From Epiperipatus broadwayi (lineage: Eukaryota > Animalia > Onychophora), in assembly GCA_028023455.1 (NCBI GenBank), contig JAQFVV010000006.1, forward strand, positions 4,278,001 through 4,342,000: a stretch of 64,000 bases of DNA, read 5' to 3'. The notes under the pieces were generated by a model. That model saw only the letters and a list, made by a program, of their open reading frames with translations. It was not told where the DNA came from and did no database searches. This document shows, one piece after another, positions 12,131-25,539 of the stretch. Position 1 is the stretch's first letter. Each line of letters begins with the position of its first letter. The position numbers and the translations under genes were made by a program.

Positions 12131-13799
12131 CTTAATCTTAACTAAAACTTAAGACATTTGCAGCATTCAAATATTAAAGCAAATTTTTATGCAATATTTA
12201 GACCAATGCAGTTGTCGAGGTAATAAATTTTAATGATATATTCATTCTGTATACTCATTTAGATTTGGGCAAAGATGTATATCCAACTTTAAGAGTTCAA
12301 AACAACTCTTTTTAATTTTAAGAATAGAAAGGCAACAGGTCCTAAAAAGATATAACCTTTTGGGCTCTGTATACACCCATGGAATATCAAAATTTCTCCA
12401 CACGACTACCCTTTATAAAAAATTTCGGTATTGAAATAAAAGAATTGGTAAATAAAAAATATTTTAGTTTTTGGTAACCAAAACATAATTACCACAATAA
12501 AAGTGAAATATTTAATTTATTTAGAAACAAAATATATATCGTTATTACTAGCATTTCCAATATAATCAAAATATTATAAAAATTTTTTTTGATTAAAATT
12601 AATGAGAACCTTACTTATGCTTGGCTTGCAAAATACAATTTTTTAATATCGGACTCTGTGTTAGTGTTAAATATAAATTAGGCTCAAATATTAAGTTTGT
12701 TCTATATTTAAATAACATTGTTAAAAATTCCTTTCTGTATAAATAGCTAGTGAAAATAGTATCAAAAATTTAGTATGATTCTCCGCAATTTATTTTAAAC
12801 GATTCTTTCTCCAAATCTACAACTTTGTGTATTATATTTAAAATCTTCCGTCAATGCTCCGACGGGAAAATTTCCATTAACTGAACTTTCTTTTTTATAT
12901 ATACGATTTTTACATTATTTGAATAAATTATTTAAATATAATTTTTCAAAAATAGTTTATCTTTCGGGTACCAGCTGTAAGTCCATCACTAACCACCAGT
13001 AGTACATGTATCATGGGTTGAGAATTGCTGTTCTAGCCATCGTTGTTTCTCAAAGATCTTTTCCTTACAGTTGGTTATTCAAAAACCATTTTAACAGTTT
13101 ACGATTAAATACTTCTGCTCAAATTTATGTAAGAAAGACAAACATATAACTTTAAAAAAGTAGTTCCGATAAATCAATATTTCACCTAAAATCAAATATT
13201 CAGACTATGCTTATTTCCTGAATGAGCGTAATGTCCGCCAAGTCAGTAGTCTGTAAATCAAAATCCCATATAAAAATATAAATAATTGTAATAATTTCTT
13301 AGGGTAAAAACTTTTGACTTTTACCACAGATTAAAAATATACAAACATTTAATATTTCATTGAGAAAAATAGTATTAATTAATGGATCAAAGCTTAACGA
13401 AATGTATTATTAAAACACCAATCATAACCTGCGCAAAAATACCGTTATAGTAATAAACACAACTACAGTTGCTATGCATTTTCTTTTGTACCATAAATTG
13501 TAAATATTTTCCAAAATGTAGTAGTTATAAATATAACTTTTAATAGCATAATAGCATGAATAGCGATGAAATGAAAAGAAAGTATTAAAAACTCTAGTGA
13601 GTTATAATCACCAGTAAATGTAAATGTTATGCTTATATACGACCAAAGCTAAAGCATAGGTGATCTCATTCTACATTTTACGTTTACTGAGTGTTAGTTC
13701 ACATATAGTTCGCTGGGGTTTTCAGTACTTCCTATTAATTTCAAAATGTACTAGTTATATGAATTAAATGATTCTGACATACCATTGCTATCACATATA

Positions 13800-14115
13800 C
13801 ATTAAACAAAGCAATAGCAAATTCTCTATACAGCAGTGCCATCCAGTGCAAGCCATAGCCATCAATAAATGCTAAAAGGTTTGTGCATAAAATTTCTATC
13901 TGGGGCAGTGCCCTCAGGTCCAAGGTTCCTCACTAATAAAAACCACAAGTCAGAAATTAATTTGGCAATATTGGATGAGTAGATAAGAACTTTATGTGCC
14001 AACCTTCTAGCATCCACTGACTACTATGACTTGCACTGGATGGCATTACTGTTTGAAGAGTTTGTTGTTATTTTAATAGCTTAAATGATGATCATGTGAT
14101 GCATTAAAGGTTAAA
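13800..14115. mobile_element. Foldback family A copy with internal deletion
   Basis: Left arm cagcagtgccatccagtgcaagcc; right arm ending gatgatcatgtgatg. Confidence 0.85.
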
Positions 14116-15714
14116 TAAAGCAAGCACAAAAAAACATCAACGTAATGTACATTTTTTATTTTACGTTTGTGAAACTTTATTTTGCAAACAATTTTTTTTC
14201 TTTTGCATAAAACGTGCCATCCTACTATTCTAATTATGAACAAATTAAATAAAAATAAGTAAGCAAAAAAAACGAAAAAAGTATTTTTGGTGCACCTTTA
14301 TTAAGTCATTGCCTTCTTTTAACTGCTATTTGAAAAACAAGTAAATTGTTACATTGCTTTAAATATTATAATGATGTCCACATCAAATAAAAATTAGGCA
14401 AACACATCATATTTTAGCTGATGTAATAAAACGACACATTTTCCAATTAATTTTTGGTACAGATTATTAAATGATCAAAGTTTTTTAAATTATACTGTGA
14501 ATAATTTTTTTTTCTTGGCATGAATTTTGCCATTTCAACTTATGAAAAAGACATTACTGCTTTTAATAACATCACCAACTTAGTAACTAGCATCAAATAA
14601 TTGCTGCTTTTGAAGCGGAATGCCAACTTTACGATAGTCGTCATAATGAGTCTTTGCATCAAGAATCCTCGTATAATAGAGTAAGAGCATATTCTAATTT
14701 TACTGAAATATTACCTTAATAATTAATTAAAAAAAAAATAGCAGTCAGGGCCTATCCAAGAATTTATGCCACTCTAGGCAGACTTCAATCTTGGTGCCTC
14801 CATAAAAAAACCAAAATAAAAATATCCTAATATTTTTTATTAGATACACATAAATTAGAACATTCCATCATAAGTGAAAATTAGTGTATTTAATCTGCAC
14901 TGCCAACGAAATTGCAATGCACCTTCCAAAGTTATTCTGAATAAAATCAATGTCATGTAAAATAATGCAATATAAAAGCAATAAAACTAAGTTTTAGTTT
15001 AAATGAAATAATAGAATAAAGTTAAATGGGGGAAATTATTACAAGCATGAAATATTGCATTTTGATGTTTCGGGATCTGATAAAAATCCCCGTTTTGAGT
15101 TCAGTTTACGGCAACTTGACTTTATAATACACAAATGCAACACAACAGTACAAATCATTCTTATATTTTTCAGTATGATAGTATGAAATTACGAGATTCG
15201 AGACTTTCATAAATCCTTTATCTCAATAGTTCTTGTCTAAAAATGTCTTCCGTTTTAGTGCATTGAATATTTTGCATACCTACACGTAATAGCTCTAAAT
15301 GTGTACAGAATACGTCATAATTAAAATGGGTGATAAATATTTTCCTTTAACTGATGCTGATATGGTGTCCTTAAATTTTTCTGCCCTAGTTGACTGTCTA
15401 ACTGTACCTATAGCTTGGGCCAGCCTCGTCACCTATCTTTACAGTGCTAAATCATGAACATGTATATACAAATTATTCCCAATTTGGTTAACGGCAATAC
15501 AAGTTTCATCAATACATATACATATGCTTGATTTACTGCAGTGGTAAGAGTGCGAGTCTCCAGAATGTGAGGTTCTAAGAATGATTACAGTTCTTGCACT
15601 TAAGGTGCTTGAACTTCTTATCAACTCTGACCAATGAAGCCATTTGATTATTTATTTTTTACAATTTATAATGGTCTCACAGAGAAAGATTTTGTAGAAT
15701 CTGCTTATATTAAC

Positions 15715-16025
15715 ATCGTAACCATCATTTTTAGCCATCACTGAGTCACTGCAGGAGAATCTTTCCAAATTTAATCCAGTTTCTCTGATCCTTAGCTTAT
15801 CTTCTATACATCACACCAACAAAGTTCCTTATTTCATCCAACCATCTCAGATATGGTCTCTTTCTAGGTCTTTTAAATCTCTTAGGATCCCGTTTAAGAT
15901 TTCAAATGTCCATCTATTATCATCTCTCCTAGCAATAAGTCCAGTCCATTGCCACTTCGGCATCTTAATTCTTGCAATTATGTAAGTAACACCTGTTTCT
16001 TCTCTCACCCATGTAGATAATTCAA
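15715..16025 (-). mobile_element. RTE-clade LINE 3' fragment
   Basis: Reverse complement of the RTE 3' end seen at 44775-45072. Confidence 0.8.
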
Positions 16026-16109
16026 AAGTATTTTCAAACTTTAATATATTACCATGTTAATTATTTTGCATTTGTACATACATATGCGTAACGAAGCACT
16101 TTCATTTCC

Positions 16110-16270
16110 TTATTTTATAAAGCTGAGTGCACTTTTGGTAAGGAGCACCATAATCATAGCGCTCATGCTGGCTGCTGATCGAAGTATAAATACAATAGCA
16201 ACAATAGCTAGCATGAGAGCTACGATTACACTGCTCATCATCAAAAGTGCACTTAGCTTTATGATATAAA
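16110..16270. mobile_element. MITE family C, second copy
   Basis: TIR agctgagtgcactttt / aaaagtgcacttagct. Confidence 0.75.
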
Positions 16271-16559
16271 AAAAGAAATCGACTCATTATGTGTATGCAC
16301 ATACATAAGTGAAAAAATTATGTATAAAAGTGAAAGGGAAAATTAATATTATATATTACGATATTAAATTTAACAGGACTATAATTTTTCACGAAAAGAT
16401 TACGTTTGTCAATTCAGTAAGAATGAAACAGAATGACAGTACAGTTGAAAATGGTACATTTAGAATTTCAAATAGCATACTGCTGGAAGCAGATTCTACG
16501 GAATTTTATGCGATCTTACTACTAACCGATGCGATGCACTGTGGCTTCTCTTTTTTGGA

Positions 16560-17160
16560 GTGAGGAATCTCTCAGCCACTATGCCCAGAAAAACTATTAG
16601 CCACCTTCCCTTCCCTTTCCATTCCCCATCCTAAGTTTTTCCCACATTCTTCTCTATCCTACTCCATCCCATTTCCACAACGTAATCTTTGTCAACTCCA
16701 TGGCATTTATATCTAAATCCCCTTTATCTTTTCCCAAACCCAGCATAAATGCCAAGAAGCCACTTTCTATATAATCACTTTGTTTATATCTATTCTTCCA
16801 CAACTTCGTTGTTGGTATCCTCTCTGCTCGCAGGCATTTACATTCAACTACCAGATGCCTAATATTTAATATGCCTTCCCTACATAACTTGCAGACTAAT
16901 AATCCATATTTTTCCATTTGTGTGTATATTCCCTTGTTGCTAAAGATCCTGATCAAGCCTTAAACAGTAAACTACTTTCCTTGCTATTATCATAAATTAC
17001 CCAATATTCTGTTCACTACTATATATATTTAAACTCTTTTTATTCTCCCTACTAGTTCTCCATTTCTCCAACTCCCTATTTTTTATTAATGTATGTATTC
17101 CTCTATCCCATTCCTTATCATTACAATACCCAACAATTTTCCTAACATATACTGTTAACG
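16560..17160 (-). mobile_element. Non-LTR retrotransposon 3' end with C-terminal CX2C..H..C zinc knuckle
   Basis: KWR...K.SLNIY and CKLCREGILNIRHLVVEC in ORFs 16997-17197 and 16654-16956; 5' end abuts a family A element. Confidence 0.7.
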
Positions 17161-17164
17161 CATA

Positions 17165-17425
17165 GTAGCTCCACTCAGTGCAAGCCAGAATAATCAATGG
17201 ATGCAGGAAAATTTGTGCATAAAATGCCTATCTAGTGTCTACTCATCCAATATCCCCAGACTAATTTCTAGCTTGGGTTTTCATCAGTGAGGAGTACAAA
17301 CCTCTCTGCATCCATGGATTATTCTAAATTGCCCTGAGTGGCATTACTGTATGGAGAGTTTTACCTCTGCAACTTGTGCAAGCATAAACAATGGTGATCA
17401 TGTAATAAACTGTTAATGGTTGAAA
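17165..17425. mobile_element. Foldback family A copy
   Basis: Left arm plus cassette, then an inverted arm ending ggtgatcatgtaat. Confidence 0.85.
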
Positions 17426-20149
17426 TAATATTAAGTTTATATATTGAAGCAGTAAATCTTAGCTTAAGATTTTGCTTCACGTTTCTACCTACTAACCTGT
17501 GTTCAAACCCCTATATCCCATCCTGCTCCTTTTGTCAGTATATATATTTCATGTATATATTTGAGATGCGCACCTAAATTTGTAGTTTAACTTTCAATAT
17601 TTATTATTATTGATTCTTTTTATTAATTGTTAGTTCTTCTTATTAAAATTATAGTTGCAGCTCAAATATATACATAGGAGCAAAACTTACTAACAAAATA
17701 TTGATGTTTTTGTAAATATTTTATTATATGTCGTTTTTAGCTTTTTCTTTTCAAATTGCTTGTTTTTCTATAAATTATACATTTTTTATATAAAATCCAA
17801 TATGGAAGATGCAGGTGTTGTTTAATTGTCTAAAAATAATTAGGGGTTGGAAGCACTGTTGTTTTAATCTGGGAAAGGTATTTTTTTAATTAAAGTTTTA
17901 CTTAAGATAAATGGGATTAATTAAGATTAGATTTACTTGTGTTAAAAACATGTTGTTAGATCTATTTCTAATCTAGAAATAGATTTGAATTTATTTTTGG
18001 CGTTATCTAACAATTGCATCTTCGAAAAACAACTGATAAGGGAAAAAGTATAAAATGACTAAATTTTGAATCAGTTATGAGTTGAGTTATTAGTTATTAA
18101 TTAGTTACTATTGATTGAGAGATTGTTAACATTGCTGTAAAACTAAAAAAATGATGTAGCAGTAGATCCACCACTCTGCTCGGCCCTTTGGGTCATCACC
18201 CGCCATGACCGTAATTGTCTGCTGTCCTGAAATGAAGAAATTAAGAACTTTAATGTTAATAGAAGCTTGCAGAACTTTCATTTTCAACTACCGTGCACGG
18301 ACAATATTTTAATCGGACTCTTAAAATTGAAAGGTAAATTTCAAGCTGCTACCTAATAGTCACTTTAGTCTAAATAATCTCTCAAGATCTTTTCTCATGT
18401 ATTCTTTAACTTTGCATTTTTATATATAAATAACATGTAGTTTGCTCTTAAATAATTTATTTAAATTTAATTCTCTCTTATATGCTCTTTAATTTTGGTA
18501 GGGTCATTTATTTATATTATTGATTATTTGATTTATATATCTGCTTGCTTATTAATATATCAATCTAAAACAATCTATTTATGTTTTAATATAATATATA
18601 TTTGTTTAACTCTGAATTTTCTACCGCTGTAAATTCAGAACTTAAGCTAATTAACGCTTTGAAATCTTATAAAATATCATTTATTTAATTCTAAAATAAG
18701 GTGACTTAATTGTTTTATATATATAACTGCTAGTTTTTTTTATATACTCTTAAAATGTATGCTTTAAATTTCAAATACCGTATTTATATTTCAGTTATTA
18801 TAAAGATCACGAAAGTGGGATTTATTTATTTTAAATACCAGAAAAGGAATGGGGGTGAATCTTTTATGTTTCTTTTGCTAAGTCAAATTTTAACGTCTAT
18901 TTTATTAATCTAAATATTCCCTATATATATATTATAATTGCATTGCATGTTAAAGTATTTAAATAAAAGGGCATTTATTTTGAAGCTGTAAAATTTATTA
19001 AATGTTTTAGTGACATATATCATTCCTTGCGTTTCTGTCATTTAGCCTATCTTTGTGTTTTTATATATATACGTGCTTTTAATCTGGGGGTTACGACAAA
19101 GTTCGAACCCATAGATTTCTTCTTAAGTCTTGTCCTGAGGATAGATGAAGCTACCCAGGACCATTTATTCCATACAAAATGCATTTAGCGGTGACCCAAA
19201 GTCTGGCACACGCTATGCATATTTACTTCGTGGATAAAAGGCCTCTCACGTCGGTTATACCAGTAAAACGCTGGGTCACGTCATGCCGATCCACTTTCTC
19301 TCTCTAAGCACTACCCAAAATGGGAGTGTGGGATTTCGTTTTTCATCCAGAAGCACGACCTTTTCCTTTTAGTTATTCTAGGCTACTATGTCAGCACCGC
19401 AAACTTCTTAGTATTTAGTATTTCTTTTGCTTCATGATCCTGTTTTAATGCTTTAATATTAAAATTAGCTTTGTTTAAAATATATATCTAAATGCCATTT
19501 CTATTATATTAATTTATTTCAGTCTTATTCAGTCCCACCATCATAATTTATATATCTATTTAAGAGTATCTATGTGCCTTGGGGAAAATAAAGCGTTCGT
19601 TTTATTATTATTGTTAAAATAATTTTTCATTAAATATTATGTCATTTTCAAGTATGTTTTCCAAATGTAATCAAAGGTTTTCAAATGTATTTATATCTGT
19701 AATGAATCTCAGAACGCTCCCCTAATATATGTTAGTCACCATGCTTCTGAACCGTAAATCAAAGCGTTAATAGCAACTTTGTGTAACTTCTTTCTAATCT
19801 GATTGGCATTTTAATACTAGACCCACCAAAGATGTGTGTTTATTTGTAATATATATTTAGCTAATAAAGAGCATATTAGAAACTAGCGTGAATGACACTA
19901 TATAATCATCTACCGCTTGCTCATTCACGCACATACTAATGTACTTAATTTATAAATGCATATAACTAAATTTTCATTATATTAAACTATCTTTTATTGT
20001 TTAACTTATTTGAGTAGTTCGAATTCATTTTCCTCCACTTCTTCCACATATATTACAGCCATACTTATGTATATTTTAATATAATCATAATTAATAGATG
20101 TCTCATTGTCTTCTCAGCTTAAGATTAATTCTCATGAGCCATAACTATT

Positions 20150-20280
20150 ATGTTATTCATTAGGTGTTCGATTTGGGACTTAGAGAGTGGGTTCGAATCC
20201 AGGCTGGTTCCTGACCTAAATCTTGGGCTTGACTGGGTTTGAAGTACATTTTGTGAGTTCCAGCTCATGTTAGATGGATA
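20150..20280 (+). mobile_element. Possible tRNA-derived SINE fragment
   Basis: Perfect B-box GGTTCGAATCC near 20190; no intact cloverleaf. Confidence 0.35.
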
Positions 20281-20386
20281 AACATATTTTTACCGGCTCA
20301 ATATATATACACATTAGCACAAACACTTTTCACATTGAAAAAAATAAAACAAATATAGGACCAGTGTAACAATTTATATAGCATAC

Positions 20387-20502
20387 CTTGTGGAGGCAAT
20401 ATACAATGCGCAATAATATCTCTCATTTTTTGAATGGCCATGTCTGTCGATGATTGTTTACTCGGAGGCTCATCGTAAGGATATGAGTCGGGGTAATCTG
20501 AT
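20387..20502 (-). CDS. MAPKAPK5: MK5 exon (116 nt): SDYPDSYPYDEPPSKQSSTDMAIQKMRDIIAHCILPPQ
   Basis: ttttatag acceptor, AAG|gtatgc donor, phase 2/1; K.RD.IA.CILP motif. Confidence 0.92.
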
Positions 20503-21169
20503 CTATAAAAATAAAAACAAAAAAGCAAATTCAATAAAAAAACAATAAAAAATATTAACTTTAAATTGTACTTTTATTAATAATTTGATAAATAATACTT
20601 AAATACATATAGCGTAAACATTTCTTATTAAAATATTGCATTTATTTATATTAATTTTAACAATTATGTTATATAACTGTTACTCATTTATTTTTTTAGA
20701 TTTGCGAACAATTTTCTCACATATAATAAAAATAAAAAATTATTTTATGGCCTGTCAAAGTTGAAATAATAAAAAAAAAACTTGTTAAAGGTTGCATAGA
20801 GTAGAATTACGAATTAAAAGAATAGGCTTTTAAATATCCACATATTTATTAAGGAAATTATGAAGTAGAAAATAAGCTGGATTGGGCCTATGTTTAAAAA
20901 TGAAAAAACGTTGGAAAAATCTGTGAAGGATGAGGAAAATTAAATAAAAAAAAAAGAACTACTTCTGAACATAAAAATAGCAGGGACAATGATGTAAAGA
21001 CATAGAAAAGATAATAAGATTGATAGGCAGAACCTTAAGTGTTATGTAATCCTAATTTGTATCTTAATAACAGGTCTGTAAAATATCCAAGGCATTCCCT
21101 TTGCTTACATATTATTAAAATATAAACAAAAAAACCTCACGTTGGCGTCACGTAAACTTTAATAATCAG

Positions 21170-21830
21170 TGGTTACCAGAAAGTAATACATTTTAAATTC
21201 CCATCCTCCAATTGGGTCCTGGATTTTGCTTTTATCAATAAAGGCTTGCAATTCAAATCTGAAGTAATGCAATTATGCATCTAGTAATCACCTTTCACTC
21301 CGTTATAAGGTTGAAGTCTGAAATTCGAAAATATCCTAAAGTTTTGAATCAGCACCAACCAGCCTCTAAGAGCTGTCCTGAAAAAGCTAAAATCCAAAAA
21401 CTTGCCTGCAGAGGGATCACTGATTACTTAAGCTTACTATAGATGGCACTAGAGTGAAAAGTTGCTTGTTTTATCACATATTATATAATCTAAAGAATTA
21501 AATAAATTGTTGTTATTATTAACATTCCTGACTGGGAAGTGGGGGGTGGCTACAGTTGATAAAAAAAACAAAAAACGGAGGGTATTAAAATATAGTTACT
21601 AATCCAGAGCTAGATCTATATAAATTATTCAGGCAGATTAAATGGGTTCAAAACTTTAAGGTGTTTTTTTCAGACCTTTGGTTTGAATAACAAACTGACC
21701 TTAAACATGGTTAGTAGACATATAATTGTATCATTTCCAGTCTAAAAGCAAAATCCAGAATTTGAAGGCCAGGGATTTAAACTTACTATATGAAGTCTTC
21801 TACTTGCTTTATCACATATTGTATAAGTTA
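21170..21830. mobile_element. Diverged foldback superfamily fragments (subfamily D)
   Basis: ggattttgcttttatcaat / aaaagcaaaatccag inverted pair; gattacttaagcttactatagatggcact; related to 24490-25350 and 37340-37580. Confidence 0.6.
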
Positions 21831-22129
21831 ATGGATCAAATGATGTATTAATAAAACTTATATGGTGAGATCATATTTGGTTCCAATTTGTTTTACAAAT
21901 AAAGCTGCGACTTAATCCTACGAACTCAAGTATGATAATTGAATTCGTGTTAATATCTGGTGTATCAATTCAACATTTGATATTCTAGTTACAGTAATTT
22001 TCTCTCACTTCTCCTACCCTCACAGATTGCCTAGTCAAATACTGGTTGGCGAAAGTCCTACAAATTTTCATCCTTGTTCATCCTTGACTGATCAATATTA
22101 TATATATATATAGTGGATTAGCAACCTGA

Positions 22130-22235
22130 AAAAAAAATTTCCGACACTGCTTCGAATCCTGAGGAAATTTCCAATCTGATCTTGAATCTCATGGCATGAA
22201 GCAATGTGATAACCACTAAGCCAAAAGCTCTTGCT
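22130..22235 (-). mobile_element. tRNA-derived SINE head (degenerate)
   Basis: A-box-like tggcttagtggtt on the minus strand. Confidence 0.4.
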
Positions 22236-22499
22236 ATTGTGACATAGAGATCATTATATATCATTTCTGCTTTCAATTATGTTCATCCACAGATCTTAAT
22301 ACTTAGTATCCCTATTACAATATTTAACATTAATTTATACACCAATTTTTCTATAGCCACATGTAAAAAGTGTATTTCCTTTATGATGCCTCTGCCAAAA
22401 TATTATATTTCCCCAAGAATAATATATATAAATTATGAATTGTCAGAGGTGCAAGGGAATATTTGCACCTCCAATAAATACAGTCATACCTTACCTTGT

Positions 22500-22960
22500 C
22501 TTTAAATAATGGACTAGCCAGATCCCATCTTAACAAGATTGGATCGAGCATTCAGCTTCTCAAATCAATACATATGCAAAGAAATAACATATAGCCAATG
22601 GCAAGAATGGGCCAGCAGGTGATCATGCTCACTGAATCCAAATGTTTCCATTCAGAATGGAGATCTGGCAATAAATAATCAAGCTTTCTGAAAATAGGGT
22701 CAGGGAACTACTGTCATGGAGGTGAAACACAGAATGTACGTTCTCCAGACAATAGCTGTTAAGCAAAACGGTTGACACAGCGAGGCAAATCCACGTTCCG
22801 AACTGGAAGCTTCTAGAACCAAATGCTGAAATAAAGCAAGCGGTCAAGTATAGCAGGAAGTGTCCCCAGATCTACTCATGAAATAGGCTGTCACAGGACA
22901 GCTTGAAGTGGTAGGAAAGCTATAAGGGCATGTGCGGTTACTTCTTCCATAGTTTACCCT
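22500..22960 (+). mobile_element. Decayed non-LTR element C-terminal region (R1/LOA-like?)
   Basis: GC-richer segment with SQWQEW, LSENRVRELL and KCP..Y..R remnants, broken by stops. Confidence 0.3.
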
Positions 22961-24059
22961 AGAACTAGGAGCTATACATTGTTAATGGAAGCAGCCGGAG
23001 CATAACCATTGTAAATATCGTAAATACACAAACGTATATTTGTTTTCATGTACCATTAATAAAATATATTATAAAACATATTTACACACGTTTGTGTTTA
23101 TATATATAATCCTGAATAAATGCAACAGATACTGATAAACATTTTTTAAAAACTAAAATATATTTATATGGAAATATAAAAGTAACCAAGGCTAGTTAAA
23201 ACATAAGTATAATTTTAAATTGCAGAACCCACAGGTTTCGAATATTTTGGAGCATAAAAAAATTAGATTTTTGGCCCTTTCATTCTCATATTACTCTACT
23301 GATCACAGCTTGCCTGCAGGGCACAACATTAACAAAAGTACAGGACAAGGAGTATCATGGTATGATTACTATTTTTTTACAAATAATATTTACTGTTTCT
23401 CGATTTGTTTTTTAATTGCAATCTCCTTACTAAAATTTATGCTATACAATGAAATATAAAAATATAAAGTTTATACTACAGTATATATTTATTGACTATA
23501 TTAAATTAAAGGTCATTCTTTTTTTGCTTTCTGAGTGAAAGCATTTATTAAATTGCTAGTAAGTAAAAACAGTCTAGCGGAAAGCGCTAAAATTAATTTA
23601 AGTGCTGTTCGGATTTATTTCTTAAATTTCAAGTTACTAACAAATAAAAAAATAATAATTTTTTATGAAATTTTAAAGGCCAAATATTCTTCAGTATCCC
23701 CAGAACAATCGCCTAATTTTGCTAGTGTGAATATTGGTCATTTAAAAAAAAAATAAACAATGAATGATGTCATGAGTGGAGAGTTTAAAGTGTTAAATTA
23801 CATTCGGAAACGATTAGTGGTCAAAATATAGATATACTTCTCTATGACTTCTTTAATCCTGATAAATAGTTACTCATATATCAATTTAGAAATTTAAAAT
23901 TATGTATGCGTATTATTCCTTGTCCAAATACAAGTATGGAAATTACTTGCATGCAGGGCTGTTATTCTGGCAAGTTCTTGTATAAAAGTTTGGAAAAAAT
24001 TTCAACTAAGAATATTCTATAATATACAGAAGTATAATGATAAGAAGTTTTATAAAACA

Positions 24060-24340
24060 AATCAGTATATTTTTCCAAATATCAGACGTGATGAAACTGA
24101 ATCTACTATTGCATCGTGTATTGGTGGACATGTGAAAAGAATGAAGAGTAAAAAAGTCTCTAATTAAATATTTTACAATAAACATAGCTTTTGCGGGAAA
24201 AGTAAACTCTATTTGGACTTCAAGGAAACCCAGATGTGCAACAATGATTGCTTTCAAAGAGGGGTTAGGACTGGGAGTAGAATACAATGGAGAATTACAA
24301 TTAACGAAAATGTTTATCAAGATGCCACAAAAATAAGGAA
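24060..24340 (+). mobile_element. RTE-like LINE 3' remnant
   Basis: GHVKRM...K.IF and RIQWR.TI motifs. Confidence 0.5.
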
Positions 24341-24489
24341 TCGTGTAACGCACGTAAATATATTTGTGACTGATAGACAGATTATATAGTTATTATAAAA
24401 GGTAACTTTAACGGCATGATATTTTTTTCTAGAGTTACAATTATGAATCATCAAACTCCCCAGCTTAAACATTATAAGAGCAAATTCCG

Positions 24490-25350
24490 TTCTAGTGCCA
24501 TCTAGCATCATATTGAATAACCATTGGTTATCAGATGGATCATCAATTTTAAGACTGCCTTCTGGTTTTTTGCTTTTATCAGTAAATTTTAGATCTCAGA
24601 ATTGGAATGTAGCAGACATGCATTTAGCAAACCGCCTTTAACATCATTTTTATCTGTCAAATTAAAATCTGCCTAATGTTTTTGAACCAAAATGAACCTG
24701 CTGGTAACACTTACATAGATCTGAATTCAGTTTAATAACTATATGTTTTTTTAGTACCTTGTTTATTAACTGCAGGCATTTTATTCCCCTGGCTAAGAAC
24801 GTTAATAACAGATAAAAAAATCACCAAATTCCTAGATTAAACAATAGAGTAGCTCTCGACTCTAGTGTCACCCTAGTGTGAGCTTGAGGATGAAAACATA
24901 AATATTAAAGATACGGATTTTATATGCATATGGTAATGACTGATTAGTCAAGTCTTATCATATTGTTGATGCTTGAGAGCCAGGAGAATAAAATGTGTTT
25001 CTGAAGGTAATAAAATATAGTTATTTAACGTCATTCAGATCTATATAATACTGTTTCCAACAGATTGATTTCAGTTTGCAAATCTTAGATGATATGAATT
25101 TCAAGTTTTTCGCTTGACAGGTAAAATCAGATTAAAGGAAGTTGTTGGGTAGATTTCTGCATTCCTTCCAAGGCAAAAACAGACAGTCTGAGAATGGAAA
25201 TTCACATACTCAACATTCAACATTTTACGATAGATGATAAAAATAGTCCAACATATTAACACAATTAAAGGCCAGAATTTTATATGAGATTGTTAATCAC
25301 TGATTACAAAAGTTTACATTAGATGGCACTACAATAAAGAGCTGCTCCTG
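24490..25350. mobile_element. Subfamily D foldback element (diverged arms)
   Basis: agtgccatctagc at about 24495 and ttagatggcact at about 25318; inverted gatctgaa/ttcagatc segments. Confidence 0.55.
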
Positions 25351-25539
25351 TCTTAATATAAATATAAAGGCCTCACTCTCTTATGGGTGAGTTTTTAACC
25401 ATGATTATGAAACACAACATCAAGCATTAAATAGATTAATTTAAAATGTAAATCGGCAGGAAATCTATAGAAGAGAAAAAAAGTTTCAAAAGTGTAAAAC
25501 CACTTCTCGATATTGGAGGAAAAATTATTTCAGCAAAAA

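Noticed and set aside
14560-14700. Short open frames (TRILDAKTHYDDYRKVGIP; IAAFEAECQLYD)
   Set aside because: No motif recognised; length expected by chance
24006-24353. Longest ORF in the track (115 aa, minus strand)
   Set aside because: Antisense to an RTE remnant; no recognisable domain
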